A DNA stretch of 64,000 bases from Eledone cirrhosa. Taxonomy: Eukaryota. The notes below the pieces were generated by a model that was not told the DNA's origin, made no database searches, and saw only the letters and a program-made list of their open reading frames with translations. The translations under genes were made by a program, and so were the position numbers. Location of the stretch: positions 496,001-560,000 of the forward strand of contig OZ024754.1 in assembly GCA_964016885.1 (NCBI GenBank), in the 5' to 3' direction. Positions 1-13,789 of this stretch are shown here, in pieces. How positions within the stretch are numbered: the first letter of the stretch is position 1; the number at the start of each line of letters is the position of its first letter.

Positions 1-162
1 ACACCATGCTTTGACGCATAGAGTTACAGCCCTTACCATTCTGAGTTCAAATCTCGCTGAGGTTAACTTTACCTTTCATTTTAACGGGGGTCGATAAAAT
101 AAAGTACCAGTAATACACTGGGATAATTGCTGGCCTTGTGCCAAATGTAGAAACAATTATTA
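1..162 (+). mobile_element. tRNA-derived SINE family S1, partial (Nin/Deu-like central domain)
   Basis: Contains tctgagttcaaatc..gaggttaactttacctttcat..ggggtcgataaaataaagtaccag and the tail gctggccttgtgccaaa..gaaac(att)n. The same family recurs at 6759, 6997, 8570, 9715, 10113, 15420, 23626 and 40990. Confidence 0.75.
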
Positions 163-519
163 GTAAATAATGTAGAATATTTTCTCAGTGAAAATTACAT
201 TAAAATTCTGTAGAAAATTACAAAATCTTAATTGAGAGGAAAAGTGAGCAGAATATTCTAGAATGAAATAATAAAATATAATTAATGTGTAATTATTCAT
301 TATAATTATACGGGGAAATGTTGCAATAATCACCAACAGTAGTAAAATCTACAGGTTTCTATGGAAACAACTTTATTCCTTGAAAATGTACAAGGAACAA
401 CTGTTATGGGAACATGTGTGTATATGTGTGTGCGTGTGTGTGTGTATGTGTATGTGTATATGTGCGTGTGTGCATGCATGCATGCAATGGTGAATTATGT
501 TCGACCAATTGATTGTAGT

Positions 520-609
520 AGTGTTGGGTGATAGTAGTAGTATTGGGTAATGGTGTTGAGTAGTAGTAGTAGTAGTGTTGAGTAGTAGTAGTAGTAGTGT
601 TGGGTAATG

Positions 610-645
<36 letters not shown>

Positions 646-1045
646 CTAGTGTTGGGTAATGGTGGTAGTAGTAGTAGTAGTAGTAGTACTAGTGTTGGGT
701 AATTGTGGTAGTAGTAGCAGTAGTACTAGTGTTGGGTAATGGTGGTAGTAGTAGTAGTAGTAGTAGTACTAGTGTTGGGTAATTGTGGTAGTAGTAGCAG
801 TAGTACTAGTGTTGGGTAATGGTGGTAGTAGTAGTAGTAGTAGTAGTACTAGTGTTGGGTAATTGTGGTAGTAGTAGTAGTAGTACTAGTGTTGGGTAAT
901 GGTGGTAATAGTAGTAGTAGTAGTAGTAGTAGTACTAGTGTTGGGTAATAGTAGTAGTAGTAGTACTAGTGTTGGGTAATGGTGGTAGTAGTAGCAGTAG
1001 TAGTAGTGTTGGGTAATGGTAGTAGTAGTAGTAGTAGTAGTAGTT
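520..1045. repeat. Compound (GTA)n minisatellite, unit (gta)n-ctagtgttgggtaatggtg
   Basis: Directly visible tandem units. Confidence 0.9.
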
Positions 1046-1340
1046 TGGCATAGTTTATTGGAAGCATGCTAACAGTGTTAGAGTGACTCAGCAGAGCCAG
1101 TTTATAGGAGATGATGATGAAGAAGAAGAAGTTTGACCATCATCAACTGGAGCAGGTTAGAAGGGTCAGAGAGAAGATGAAGGGGTTATATTTCTAACCC
1201 CTACCAAACCAAATAACCACTATTAACACCCACATTCCTCAGGAACGGCAAAATAATTGATTTTCCTCCTCTCTCTCTCGCTAGATTCAGCTACACCAAT
1301 TCTGATAACAAATATAATCAATGGAGGCTGTCAACCTCCT

Positions 1341-1341
<1 letters not shown>

Positions 1342-1376
<35 letters not shown>

Positions 1377-1625
1377 CGTGTGCGTGTACGTACGTGTGAG
1401 AATATATGTGTGTGCGTGTACGTACGTGTGAGAATATATGTGTGTGTGTGTGTGTACGTACGTGTGAGAGAATATATGTGTGTGTATGTGGGTGTGTACG
1501 TACGTGTGAGAAAATATATGTGTGTGTGTATGTGTATGTGTGCATACGTACGTGTGCGAGAGTGTGAGTGTGTGTGTGTGTGTGTGCACAAGTGAGAGAA
1601 TATGTGTGTGTGTGTGCATGCATAC

Positions 1626-1658
<33 letters not shown>

Positions 1659-2050
1659 CGTGTGTGTGCATATGTGCATGTGTGTGTGTGTGTGTGAGAG
1701 CGTGCGTGCGTGTGTGTGTATGTGTGTCACATCAGGCCAGGATACTAGCCAGAGTCACAGTATTGTGCAGTATTGCAGGAGAGAGAGAGAGTGTATATGT
1801 ATGTATGTATATGAGAGAATGTGTGTGTGTGTATGTGTGTATATGTATATATATGAGAGAATGTGTATGTATGTGTGTATATGTATATATATGAGAGAAT
1901 GTGTGTGTGTGTATATGTATATGTATATATATGAGAGAATGTGTGTGTGTATATGTATATATATATGAGAGAATGTGTGTGTGTGTATGTGTGTATATGT
2001 ATATATATGAGAGAATGTGTGTGTGTGTGTATATGTATATATATGAGAGA

Positions 2051-2110
<60 letters not shown>

Positions 2111-2170
2111 ATATATGAGAGAATATGTGTGTGTGTGTATATGTATTGATATGAGAGAATGTGTGTATGT
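1342..2170. repeat. Compound (GT)n/(AT)n array with gtacgtacgtgtgagaa and atatatgagagaatgtgt units
   Basis: Directly visible; it explains the CV/TH ORFs. Confidence 0.9.
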
Positions 2171-2734
2171 GACATAAGGCCAAGCTACTACTAACTAGAG
2201 TCACAGTATTGCAGGAGAGAGAGAGAGAGGGGGGAAAGATTGAGATATTTGAGATGACCAAAATACCTAAAGAAGGAACTAAACGGCTGCTGTCAGAAAA
2301 TGGTGAATGGAATGTGAAAATGTCTAAAGAATATTGATAATACAGCTACTACTAAGTTGATATTTCAGACGACTATGTCTGCTAATATCTGCAGGTAACA
2401 GGGAACCTTTACAGAAATAACAAGGGTTAATTTATGTAGAGTAACTAATATTATTTTCTAATTAGGTGGTGCATAAATTTAAGTAATTAATTATAATTAA
2501 ATTATTTATTTAAAAGCCTTTTAGTAAAAAAAAAAAAAAAAAATAAGTTTTTTGTTTTTGTTTTGTAATTTATACTAAATCACTAATTAATCTAAATATA
2601 ATTATTAGTCATCAAACCTTACCACAGAACCTATGGAATTTATTGGTTTAATTTAACCCCTGCTAGTAGGAAATATGGACATTTAATGATGATGATGAGC
2701 ACAATTGTTAAACAGTGTAGCATCATTTATCAAT

Positions 2735-2783
<49 letters not shown>

Positions 2784-2857
2784 TCATCATCATCTTTTAA
2801 TGTCAGTTTTTCCTGCTAACAAGAAACAGATAGATTGTCACAGACCAAGTTGGTGCT

Positions 2858-3412
2858 TAATCAGAGCTACTGCCCTCTCAGACTGTCCAGTAATCAGACC
2901 TACTGCCCTCTCAGACTGTCCAGTAATCAGACCTACTGCCCTCTCAGACTGTCCAGTAATCAGACCTACTGCCCTCTCAGACTGTCCAGTAATCAGACCT
3001 ACTGCCCTCTCAGACTGTCCAGTACTCAGAGCTACTGCCCTCTCAGACTGTCCAGTAATCAGACCTACTGCCCTCTCAGACTGTCCAGTAATCAGAGCTA
3101 CTGCCCTCTCAGACTGTCCAGTAATCAGACCTACTGCCCTCTCAGACTGTCCAGTAATCAGAGCTACTGCCCTCTCAGACTGTCCAGTAATCAGACCTAC
3201 TGCCCTCTCAGACTGTCCAGTAATCAGACCTACTGCCCTCTCAGACTGTCCAGTAATCAGAGCTACTGCCCTCTCAGACTGTCCAGTAATCAGACCTACT
3301 GCCCTCTCAGACTGTCCAGTAATCAGACCTACTGCCCTCTCAGACTGTCCAGTAATAGGACCTACTGCCCTCTCAGACTGTCCAGTAATCAGACCTACTG
3401 CCCTCTCAGATG
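2858..3412. repeat. 33-bp minisatellite (taatcagacctactgccctctcagactgtccag), about 17 copies
   Basis: Near-perfect units with a cc/gc variant; the VIRPTALSDCP ORF is a by-product. Confidence 0.95.
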
Positions 3413-3555
3413 GTCCAGAGCCCTGCTTCTCACTTATACATGTCCCTGTACTCTACAGAGTAAGCCAATTGTATTTTATCATGGCATCAACACTAGAGAG
3501 GTTGCCAGTTTTCAACACACCTTAAGAGTCCCCCAACTGTTTATATATATATATA

Positions 3556-3798
3556 GTAGGTGTCACGACAAAAAAAAAACACACAGTCCATGCTGTAATG
3601 TGGCCGTGTAGGTAACACGGTAAAAAGTTCCCAGTTCCACACTGTAAATGTGGTTGGTGTTAGGAAGGGCATCCAGCCATAGAAAACCTGCCAGATAGTC
3701 TTATATGAGCGAGACACGGTCACCCGACCAGCCTTGCCTCAAGTGGGACAACTCCCGTCTAACCCATGCTAATGTGGAAAATGGATGTTAAACGAAGA
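3556..3798 (+). mobile_element. 3' module of RTE family A / bipartite SINE, 5'-truncated, with (GAT)n tail
   Basis: Matches 18470-18716 (ggttggtgttaggaagggcatccagc ... aacccatgctaatgtggaaaatggatgttaaacg(atg)n) and starts in (TA)n. Confidence 0.85.
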
Positions 3799-4040
3799 TG
3801 ATGATGATGATGATGATAGTAATAGTTATACTTATATATAGGATTATAAATAAGATAAGGGTAATATTGTATATTACCCGATTACTATGTTATATATATA
3901 TATATATATATATACATATATATAAAACTACTGTGATTTGAAACCTGAAAAGAAATTGATATATCTGCTCAGTGTAGCCCTGGAAAGGTCCAGAGGAACT
4001 AGGACAGAAATTTAAAAAATTTATTTAAAATTTGTATGAA

Positions 4041-4267
4041 AAACTTTAGCATTTAAAGTGGCCATATCTGTCCAAAATTCTTTCACCTCTTTCTGTTCAA
4101 ACTGGCTGTAACTGACTGCTCATACTGACGTTAAGGTATTGCTCTCAAAATAAATAACATCAAAATCTCACAGATTAGATATTATGTGAGATAATTATGT
4201 AAAATAAAGCCTTTACCACAAAAAATACTATAGTATCTATAGAGTAATGTAAATGGTAAAGGGTTAA
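4041..4267. mobile_element. piggyBac-type MITE, left end decayed
   Basis: Ends in aaagggTTAA; homologous to 12561, 14473, 27106, 28623 and 46217. Confidence 0.75.
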
Positions 4268-6038
4268 ACATGTTAGTTTGCTTTAAATGGTAATATTACT
4301 GTAATTAAGGAAAGATTTCCAGCTGTGACCATCCCATCTTTTGTCAGGCACTGTGTGTAAAGATCCCATTATACAATGGTAGGGTAAGATTTATGAGAAA
4401 TTTATAGCTACTGTTTCTAACAGGTCACATGGCCTACTAGAAATGGTAGGATGTTTACAGGTGTGTATATAAATGAAGAATGGTTAAACCAGTCCGACAC
4501 AGAGATGGAATTCTTCAGATTAGCAGAATAATAAACAGTGAGATAAAGATTGTTGCTTGAAGAGATTAATGAGTCTAAGACTTCCCATCATGCAGGCAGC
4601 ATTCATTTGGATTTTGTCCAGTATTCTTCAACAAAACAAAAATGCCTGAAGAGTATTTGCATTAGTAACCTAACTTAGGATTTTTCTGAGTAGTTGAGAT
4701 GAAATCAATATTATGATCTAAAAAAGAAAATCAATTTTCTAGGATACACCTTTAGCTACAAAGATGATGTGTTCTCAACAGATGAGGTCATTGGAGGAAA
4801 GAGTGCCAAGGATTCTAACTCAATATTGTCTAATATTCAGTTAATGCCACAAGAATAATGTGGACTTGGAATGGGAAGCAATCCGATTCAATACTATTAA
4901 GTTTATATCCCTAGCAACGTAAATCTTGATAAAATACCTTGGAAAATGACGAGATAAAAAGTTGGTTATTAAATGCAAATATAAAATGAGGTACAGTAAA
5001 TACTAAAATGTGGAATACACACCACTTTGATGTAGAAAAGACATTATTAACTCTTAACGTCCTGTACCACATGAAATCGCATTACCAAGATAAAGATATT
5101 CTTCAAAGGTATAAAAGAAAACAGAATTATGACTGCATAGCATTACAAAATAAAGTCCTGTGTCATCTCTATCAATACCTGTACTGGTAGATAGGTAGTT
5201 TGTATTATGACATACCAGCCAGCTCAGTCCAGTGACATTTCTGTCACAGTACCTGTAGAGGGAGATTAGGCCTTTTGTATTATGACATATTACCAGCTAG
5301 CTCACCTGTGTAATCTGTGAGGTTCAGATACCAATGGAAACCTGGCTAATCAATGCCAATAATTTCATAACATCATTATAAATGTTTATTTCTGTTAACA
5401 GATTATAATCTTAACAGACAATGGAGGATAAACTCTGAACATATAGAAAGATTATTTCCAATAAGAATTTGTGTTGTATTAAGAGAGGTGTTGGCATGTA
5501 ACCTCTTGCAGTTGTTCTGTCTCTAAAGTTAGTTTCTAAGTAGCTAATATCAGAATTGTGTACATCTAGAACAGTATGTTGGTTGTAATCTCAGTAAATA
5601 TTGAACCTATAACCTCTTCGCCCATTCTACCAATAAATATCAATAGAAACAGTAGCATTCCTTTGTACTATTTAAATGTCCAATAGAAAATGAGGCTGTT
5701 TGCTTTATCACAAAGCCAGTTGAGATTGCCAGCAAGACAACAACAAAGAAAAAAAGTAATCGATTAATTTTTTTTCTCTATGAATTTCTAGTTCAAAAGA
5801 GAAAAAACAAAACATAGGGTGATACGTAATGAATTTTACTTCATTTATTATGAAGATTTACAATTTTAATTGAGTAAAGTAAAACAGAGAAAAATGTAAG
5901 AAGCCATAGAGAAGTGTAATGGCACTTATATAGGGAGGGATTAATTTCATTGTTTTGGTTTCTGTGTCTGTGTAAAGGAGGGGAATGATGGCAGTTGATT
6001 GTAGCAAAGGTGAGGGAAAGAATGAATGGAAGAAAATA

Positions 6039-6069
<31 letters not shown>

Positions 6070-6071
<2 letters not shown>

Positions 6072-6320
6072 CATCATTGTCATCATCGTTTAATGTCCAT
6101 CTTCCATGCTAGCATGGGTTAGACGGTTTTATTCAATTTGATGCGGTCAGGAGACCGTGTCTCGCTCATATGGAACTGTATCTGGCAGGTTTTCTATGGC
6201 TGGATGCCCTTCCTAACACCAACCACATTTACAGTGTGGACAGGGAGCCTTTTTGCTGTGTCTGCTACACGACCACCTTACAGTGTGGACTGGGTGCTTT
6301 TTGTTGCATCATCGACACAG
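6070..6320 (-). mobile_element. RTE family A 3' module / bipartite SINE
   Basis: Reverse complement of 3556-3798, with a (cat)n tail at the left. Confidence 0.8.
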
Positions 6321-6462
6321 TGAACAGCAATGGGGAGATTGGGTAATGTGGTGTGTGTGTGGGGTGTATATTGGGTTAAGAGGTGCCTACTGACTATATA
6401 TAAATATATATATATATACATACACACACACACACATGTACATACATATATATATATATAAA

Positions 6463-6665
6463 ATACTTTGTTTCATGTTGCTCCAGTTTACTCAGCTGTA
6501 GAAATGAGTTGCGGCGGCGTGACTGGTGCCAAGCAGTATTGGACATTACCTTTCCCTTCATCGGTGGCGTAGAGAGGGATGGAGACTAGTGTGGACACAC
6601 TTTACCTAGGCTTGAGTCTGGAACTTTCTAGGTGTAAAACCCAGGTCATTGATGACAGAAGGGGC
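6463..6665 (+). mobile_element. CORE-type SINE, 5'-truncated
   Basis: CORE-like block actttgtttcatgttgctccagtttactcagctgtagaaatgag; tail shared with 26176 and 22735. Confidence 0.7.
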
Positions 6666-6758
6666 CAACTGACATAGCTCTAATTCACTTCCTTTCAATT
6701 CTTTCCAAAAATATAAACAAATATTTCCAGAATATATCTCAATATTATTATTAACTTC

Positions 6759-7195
6759 AGGCGGTGGATTGGCAGTATCGGTAGAATGTCGGACACCATG
6801 CTTTGCAGCATAGAGTTACGGCTCTTTATGATCTGAGTTCAAATCCCGTCTAGGTTAACTTTGCCTTTCATCCTTACGGGGAGGTCAACAAAATAAAGTA
6901 CCAGTCACGCACTGGCGCCGATATAATCGACCCCCCCCCCAAAAAAAAAAATTTGCTGGCCTTGTACTTATATAAGAAACCATTATTATTAACTTCAGGT
7001 GGTGGATTGGCCGAATCGGTAGAATGTCGGACACCATGCTTTGCAGCATAGAGTTACGGCCCTTTATGATCTGAGTTCAAATCCCGCCGAGGTTAGTTTT
7101 GCCTTTCATCTTTGCACTGGGGTCGATTTACTTGACTTTCCCCTGCCCCCAAAATTGCTGGCCTTGTGCCTAAATCAGAAACCATTATTATTATT
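6759..7195 (+). mobile_element. Two tandem S1 SINEs
   Basis: Two heads aggcggtggattggcag..ggtagaatgtcggac with gagttcaaatccc (B-box-like), each ending gaaacc(att)n. Confidence 0.85.
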
Positions 7196-7623
7196 AGCTT
7201 CCTCATTCTTGAGGAGAACCAACTTATAAACTAATTATATTTATTCATTAGCCACAATCTAAAATACCAATTACATTTTTTATGTTGCAACAATCTTTCT
7301 TGTGTGATAAATTAATAATTAAGTTAATTGAATATTTGCAGAAGATATCCAGTAAGAAATCAGAGCTTTATTTAATTATAATTACAGAAACAAACTACTT
7401 TAGATAAAAGACAATTCTGAGAAGAATTAATCTGTAAAAAAAACTTCTAAAAAATACCATCATCATCATCATCGTTTAATGTCCATTTTCCAGGCTAGCA
7501 TGGGCTAGACCGTATAGACAATAATTAATACATTCACCAAAAGATAAAAATAATAATCATAAAATTAGTATTTTAGTGGAACTGGCCATTTTGGAACAGC
7601 AGCGAAGTCCTGACATGCTTATT

Positions 7624-7835
7624 TTCACCCTTTAGATAGCAACCCAGCCAAAACCAGCTCTGGTTCTATGAAATAAAACCACTAATTATAAAGGCCTCCA
7701 ACATAATTTTATATAAGAACCTTACATTAAGTTACTATTTTAGTATTGAAATAATTAATAATTTTAGTAAATCACTCGAAATTCTTCAATTAAAATGGAG
7801 TGTATTTCATTAGAAATGCAGTCATGAATGAGTTA
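7624..7835. mobile_element. piggyBac-type MITE, second subfamily (also 24640-24863 and about 11020-11251)
   Basis: cccttt start and gagttaa/gggttaa end; 7624 and 24640 align over their length. Confidence 0.6.
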
Positions 7836-8077
7836 ATCTATTTAAAACATTACAAAATAAACAAATATTTATTTATGTAATTTTTGTTTTATTCTAGATA
7901 TTGTGAAAAAGTATAAATTCCATAGTTAAGAAAAAGAAAATTCTATTTTTTTTAAGTGAGAAGTTTGGAAGTTAATTGTTTAAGATATATACCTATTGTA
8001 ATGTCAACACTTTAAACATGAAATCAAACTAGTGTTTTACAAGATCAACCATTAAAATGTGGGAGGTATTTTTGCTG

Positions 8078-8113
<36 letters not shown>

Positions 8114-8116
<3 letters not shown>

Positions 8117-8292
8117 AAAGGCTTCTACAGGACTAGAACTGTTTCATTCGGGAAAACTCATCAGGGCTTCTTGATGATTTCTCCAAATGAAACAGTTCTA
8201 GTCCTGTAGAAGCCTTTTCTATATTAAATATTTATACTCTGCTTTGTATTGAGTACCTTACTGTGGTTACCTCCGATTCGACCCGGGATAAA
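8114..8292 (+). mobile_element. Hammerhead-bearing short element, family H1, with inverted duplication (Penelope-like pLTR fragment)
   Basis: + strand ggcttc-TTGATGA-tttctccaaat-GAAAC-ag..ct-GTA-gaagcc at 8165-8214; inverted copy at 8116-8164 has an intact CTGATGA; flanked by (TA)n; homologues at 57562 and 59177. Confidence 0.8.
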
Positions 8293-8314
8293 CATATATA
8301 TATATATATATGTA

Positions 8315-8480
8315 TGTATACTCTTTTACTTGTTTCAGTCACCAGACAGTGGCCATACTGGGGCACCACCTTTAGTTAAACATATCGATCACAATACTTT
8401 TCTTTTTCAAATCTTGAACATATTTTATGAGTAACTTTCTTGTCAAACTACTAAGTTATGGGACATAAATACACACAGAC
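8315..8480 (-). mobile_element. SINE 3' part (gtttcagtca..ggccatactggggcaccacc type)
   Basis: Resembles a common octopus SINE tail (from memory); a decayed relative lies near 61440. Confidence 0.5.
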
Positions 8481-8569
8481 ACACTTACAATGATCTACTA
8501 GGGTTGATTTAATCAACTTTGTCTTTCCCCCAAATCTGCTGCCTCGGTGCCTAAATTATAAATCACTAT

Positions 8570-8762
8570 AATTGTTTCTACTTTTGGCACAAGGCAAGCA
8601 ATTATCCCAGTGTATTACTGGTACTTTATTTTATCAACCCCGTAAGGATGAAAGGCAAAGTTAGCCTCGGCGGGATTTGAACTCAGACCATAAACGGCCG
8701 TAACTCTTTGCTGCAAAGCATGGTGTCTGACCCTCTACCGATACTGCCACTCCACCGCCCTA
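8570..8762 (-). mobile_element. S1 SINE, near full length
   Basis: Reverse complement of the 6759 copy. Confidence 0.85.
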
Positions 8763-8855
8763 TTATAAATCACTATAATAATACCGGGGAACATAAAATC
8801 TTTGAAACCACAAAACACTGAACTTTTTGTTTCATAGATACCATTTTGTTACCGA

Positions 8856-9363
8856 AAATTACAACTACTTCCTGTAGAAGAGAAAGTTACAACTACTTCC
8901 TGTAGAAGAGAAAGTTACAACTACTTCCTGTAGAAGAGAAAATTACAACTACTTCCTGTAGAAGAGAAAATTACAACTACTTCCTGTAGAAGAGAAAATT
9001 ACAACTACTTCCTGTAGAAGAGAAAATTACAACTACTTCCTGTAGAAGAGAAAGTTACAACTACTTCCTGTAGAAGAGAAAATTACAACTACTTCCTGTA
9101 GAAGAGAAAATTACAACTACTTCCTGTAGAAGAGAAAGTTACAACTACTTCCTGTAGAAGAGAAAATTACAACTACTTCCTGTAGAAGAGAAAGTTACAA
9201 CTACTTCCTGTAGAAGAGAAAGTTACAACTACTTCCTGTAGAAGAGAAAGTTACAACTACTTCCTGTAGAAGAGAAAATTACAACTACTTCCTATAGAAG
9301 AGAAAATTACAACTACTTCCTGTAGAAGAGAAAATTACAACTACTTCCTGTAGAAGAGAAAAT
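8856..9363. repeat. 28-bp minisatellite (aa[a/g]ttacaactacttcctgtagaagaga), about 18 copies
   Basis: Directly visible; no unique spacers. Confidence 0.95.
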
Positions 9364-10714
9364 GTAAAACATGTTCAGAAAAACTTGAAACTTGAAATTT
9401 ATAAATTAAAACAATGAAAAAGTAAAATCTAAAATAGTATCCGAGATATGGTATTTTATAACCAGGGAAAGACTATGTTCACCCTGTAGAGAGTTAAATT
9501 ATACCTAAACAGAATGACAATAGCTAAGTGGTTAAAGTGGTTAATTCAAAGTTGATAGTATTGTTAACACACGGAGATGAATCAGTTTTTTTATTGTGAT
9601 TCAAGTAATTCACATATGTCTCTCCATTCAGTGTAATGTGTAGCACTTCTAAAGTTATATTTATTTGCAGAACTGAATGAATTAAGCTGACACATTGTTG
9701 TCAGGAGAAAAAAAAAATTTCTGATTTAGGCACAAGGCCGACATTTTAGGGGGAGGAGAAAGTTGATTAAATCAACCCCAGTATATTACTGGTACTTTAT
9801 TTTATCAACCCTGTAAAGATGGAAGGGGGTTTAGTTAATGACTTGCTTGTCATGTTTCCAGCCATGATGAACTTACAGAGAAACTGCTTCTCTGGTCAGT
9901 AGATACAAAATGCTGAGTAAGGGTCTCCAAACATAACCATCAGGACTTTGTTGGCAAGGGACACTGGCCAGATTCACTAGATGGGATCTTCTTCTCGCAG
10001 CATTAAGAAATTGGAAAGTCTGGAACAAGGACTTTGTTCATGCTTCACCTTTGCTGGAGAGATGACTCAAGATGAAGAAGACAAGAAGAAATCTCTTAAA
10101 TAAACTTTAAATAATGGTTTCTACATTTGGCACAAGGCCAGCAATTTGAAGGGATGGGGGGAAAAGTGATTAAATCGACCCCAGTACGTGACTGGTACTT
10201 TATTTATTGACCCTGTAAGAATGAAAGGATAAACTTGAAATAATATCCAACAGGTTATGTTTGTCTTATACAACCTCATTAGTGTCAATCATACACCTTT
10301 CTTTAGAGCAGGAATATCTTAGTTCTAAATAAAACCACTGTTAATGAACATCTCCAAGCTACTCTGCTCTCTTGTAAGGAATTACAGCTCGCTATATAAC
10401 TGGTTCTATTTCTAGCAAAATTACATTGTAGAACTTGTCTTCTGAAGTGAACAATTATTACTGCAGTCTTCAAATATAAGCCATTACCTATAAGGTTTAA
10501 TCAATAAAATATAATATATATTGATTTTTTTCCAACTTTAAGTCTTAATATCCTGTAATGATTTATGAGAAAATATCTTTAAAAAAAAAAAAAAAAGGGT
10601 TTGGTAATTCAAATGTTTATATTATCTTTATTAGTGGACAGATTGTTGATAAAATTAGACTTTGATATTTAAAGTAATGCAATCTATTTTGTTGAAAATA
10701 ATATTGCATATGTG

Positions 10715-10905
10715 TAGTGAAAGTGTGTGGCTGAGTCGTTAGAGAATTGGATTCGCAAACGTGAGGTTGTGATTTCAATTCTTGGACTGGGTGATGTGTT
10801 AGTCCTTGAGCAAGACATTTTAGTTCATATTGCTCCTTCTGCCTGGACTTGCGACCAACAGATAGTATTAGCAATTGGAAAGACCAATGGAAACATTGTT
10901 TCCTT
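10715..10905 (+). mobile_element. tRNA-head CORE SINE with tail type iii (also 26480-26668, -)
   Basis: Head tggctgagtcgttagag..gatttcaattc, then ccttgagcaagacattt, then gatagtattagcaattggaaagaccaatggaaac shared with 26480. Confidence 0.7.
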
Positions 10906-11251
10906 GGTCCGATTTGATGAGCTCCACCCCATCGACTGTCGATGTGTGGTTGCTAATAATATCCAGTAGTGAATTAGTAGAAAACATTTTAAAATGGGTA
11001 TAATCATCATCACTGTTTAACATCCATTTCTAATGAAAATACACTACCTATATGTCTCAATTAATCTTGAAAATAATCAAATATTTTAAGGAATTTAATG
11101 AAATAACTCTGTATCATTATTAAGCTGATATTTAGAACTTTAGTTAACAAAAAAATACATTAAATAAAATGATTATGGAAGGATTTTAAAAATGAACAGT
11201 TTAATATAAATCCAGGGAGGTTTCAGGTGATTTGATATGAAAAAGGGTTAA

Positions 11252-11496
11252 ATCTTTAGCATTTAAACCATTTAAATCGATAAAATGTGAGGTAAAGCCT
11301 TTACTGTGAAAATACAATAGTATATATAGAGTAATGTAAATGTTATGTGAGATATTATGTGAGGTAAAGCCTTTACTGTGAAAATATAATAGTATATATA
11401 GAGTAATGTAAATGTTATGTGAGATATTATGTGAGGTAAAGCCTTTACTGTGAAAATATAATAGTAAATATAAAGTAATGCAAATACTAAAGAGTT
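11252..11496. mobile_element. piggyBac-type MITE with an internal 72-bp triplication
   Basis: MITE segment tgtgaggtaaagcctttac recurs at 11286, 11358 and 11430. Confidence 0.7.
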
Positions 11497-12560
11497 AAAA
11501 GAAATAACAAACACGATAAAAGCTGCCAAGACAGAAAACAATCTTGTTTGTAAATAAAAGAAACTCCACAGATGGATCTATAGGAATTCCTCACCATAAC
11601 TGGAAAAAAATACAACTAAAGCTAAAAGCCAACGAAACAAAAAAGAAATGTTTGTTGAGAATGTGAAGCTAAAACTCAATTATGCCATTTAAAGAACTTT
11701 TACATGGTTTAAAGAGATTAAAAATAACAAATCACTTTATACTATTTCAATAAGATTTCAAAAGAAAGAAATTTATTGTTACAAATAACAATAAATTTAT
11801 ATGACTTTTGTTAAAAGATAATTGAAAAGAAAAACAGGTTTATGCTAATCAAATATATTATTATTATTATTATTATTTGAAAGTGACAATCATTATGCTT
11901 GAATATTGAATAAAGCAATTAATTAATTTAAATAAAAATAAGAGTAAAAACTATTTAAATATTTGTAGACAAACATTGTTTATTGTGCTCTCTAAATAAA
12001 GAGGTAGAGAAGAGCTCTGCTTAGAGAGATATATCATTGCTATTATTGGTAAATATTTCTATGGTATTTATTGATTCCATTCTACTACATGACACATTCT
12101 CAGCTTTAAAATAACTCATTCAATTAGAAGAAAGAAGAACATCGAGAGAATTGGAAAACATATTTACTGTAGTTAAATAATGATGTTGAATAAAGCTCAA
12201 ACAAATTACACAATAAATCACTTTTATTTCCTTTTATTTCTTTTATTACAATTAAGCTTCTAAATATTTTGTTATGCTCATATCCCTCCCATATTATATA
12301 TCGATAGTATTATCCAGCAGAAATTGGCAATTATTTCTATTCTGGAATATAATTTGAGTCATATATGTCTATAGTATTTGTCTGATAAGATTAAAAGAAA
12401 GGGGAAAAATATGGTTGTTTTCTTGACGGCAGTACCACATTTATGTCAAAGTTATCAGTGGAGCATAATACATGAATGATATTATAATCTCTTTTAAAGA
12501 GGAGATAAAACCAAGAACATGATTCTATCATAATTCATAGCTAGGCTTTGCAAATGTTTA

Positions 12561-12757
12561 TTAACCCTTTAGCATTTAAACTGGCCATGTCCAGCCAGAA
12601 TTCTCTCACTTCTTTCAAATCTATGAGATTTTGTTAGTATTTATTTTAAGAACAATACCTTAACAGCAGTATGAGTGGCCAGTTATGGTTAGTTTGAACA
12701 GGAAGAGGTGAGAGAATTCTGGCCAGATATGGCTGGTTTAAATGCTTAAAGGGTTAA
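12561..12757. mobile_element. piggyBac-type MITE
   Basis: TTAA-cccttt...aaaggg-TTAA with extended terminal inverted repeats. Confidence 0.85.
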
Positions 12758-13789
12758 TTTATTAAATCTTGCAGATATGAAGAGCAAAGACAATTTTTAT
12801 TGAGAATTCAATCGAAAAAATAGAAATATATTACTAAATATTGCCTGACATTTTACTCAAGAATTCTACCATATCTTTCCCTTCTCAGCCCTAACAACAA
12901 AAATGAATTTAAAAAAAAAAGATAAAATACCTAATGCAAATCACAAACAGTGAAGGGCCAATTAAATATATTATTGCAGCCCCCTTTTTTTTGGTCTTCA
13001 AGCTAATCCCTTCATCTTCAGTTAATTCTGATAATTTCTACAGTTAAATAAATGATGCAAGTAACTTTATTGCTGAGAGGAGCTTCAATGTATTGTTATT
13101 AACTACTTTGAGAAGATCAATAAAGAACACAGAAAATGAAAACATACACACACACATATATATATATATAAAGGAGTCCTGCAGCGCATTAAAAATAGTG
13201 AAGCCAGAGTTCTTAAGACCATTAAAGGAAAAATGATAATTGGTTGGGACTAATATCAGGATAAGAATTATAGATTTTGTCTTTATTTAAGAATGATACT
13301 ATGAAGAAGGAGGAGAAGAAAAAAATAAATTGAAAAATAAAAGAGAAATGATTGAGTAAAGAGCTTATATGAAGTTAGGAAGAGATCTAGTTGAAGGGTC
13401 CTAATCGTATTCTTGGGGCTTGTGGCAAATTAAGTGTATTTAGATTATGTCACTCAAAGTTATTTAACTTAATAATTATTTTTTTTTATTTATACACATG
13501 GCCTGCAGGCTGTAGGAAAGGGAAAGGTGGTTATGAGGGTCAGCTGAAACATAGTCTGACCAAGATACTCTCATGGAATGACCAAATGAGGTTTATTTTT
13601 TAACATATTCCCCGGAAAGAAACAATGTAGTTATTATTAAGAAGAGTTGAAATTAATGCAGGTGAGATTTCACAGCTCTGTTTTCTCTCACATCACTCTT
13701 CTTAACCTTTAGGACGTTGAATTGTTTTTAGGAATTGCTTCCCTTGACTCTATTGGCGACTTATGCCGCCGACAGTGCCATGTAGGTTA

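Noticed and set aside
3960-4010. Hairpin ctgga-aagg-tccag followed by gaactaggac near (TA)n
   Set aside because: Too degenerate; it lacks CUGANGA and GAAA.
4480-5190. Unique-looking sequence as a host coding exon
   Set aside because: Only a 60-aa ORF with no recognisable motif or clear splice pair.
5199-5304. ~28-bp direct repeat flanking 47 bp as a TSD
   Set aside because: The insert resembles no element; a local duplication is simpler.
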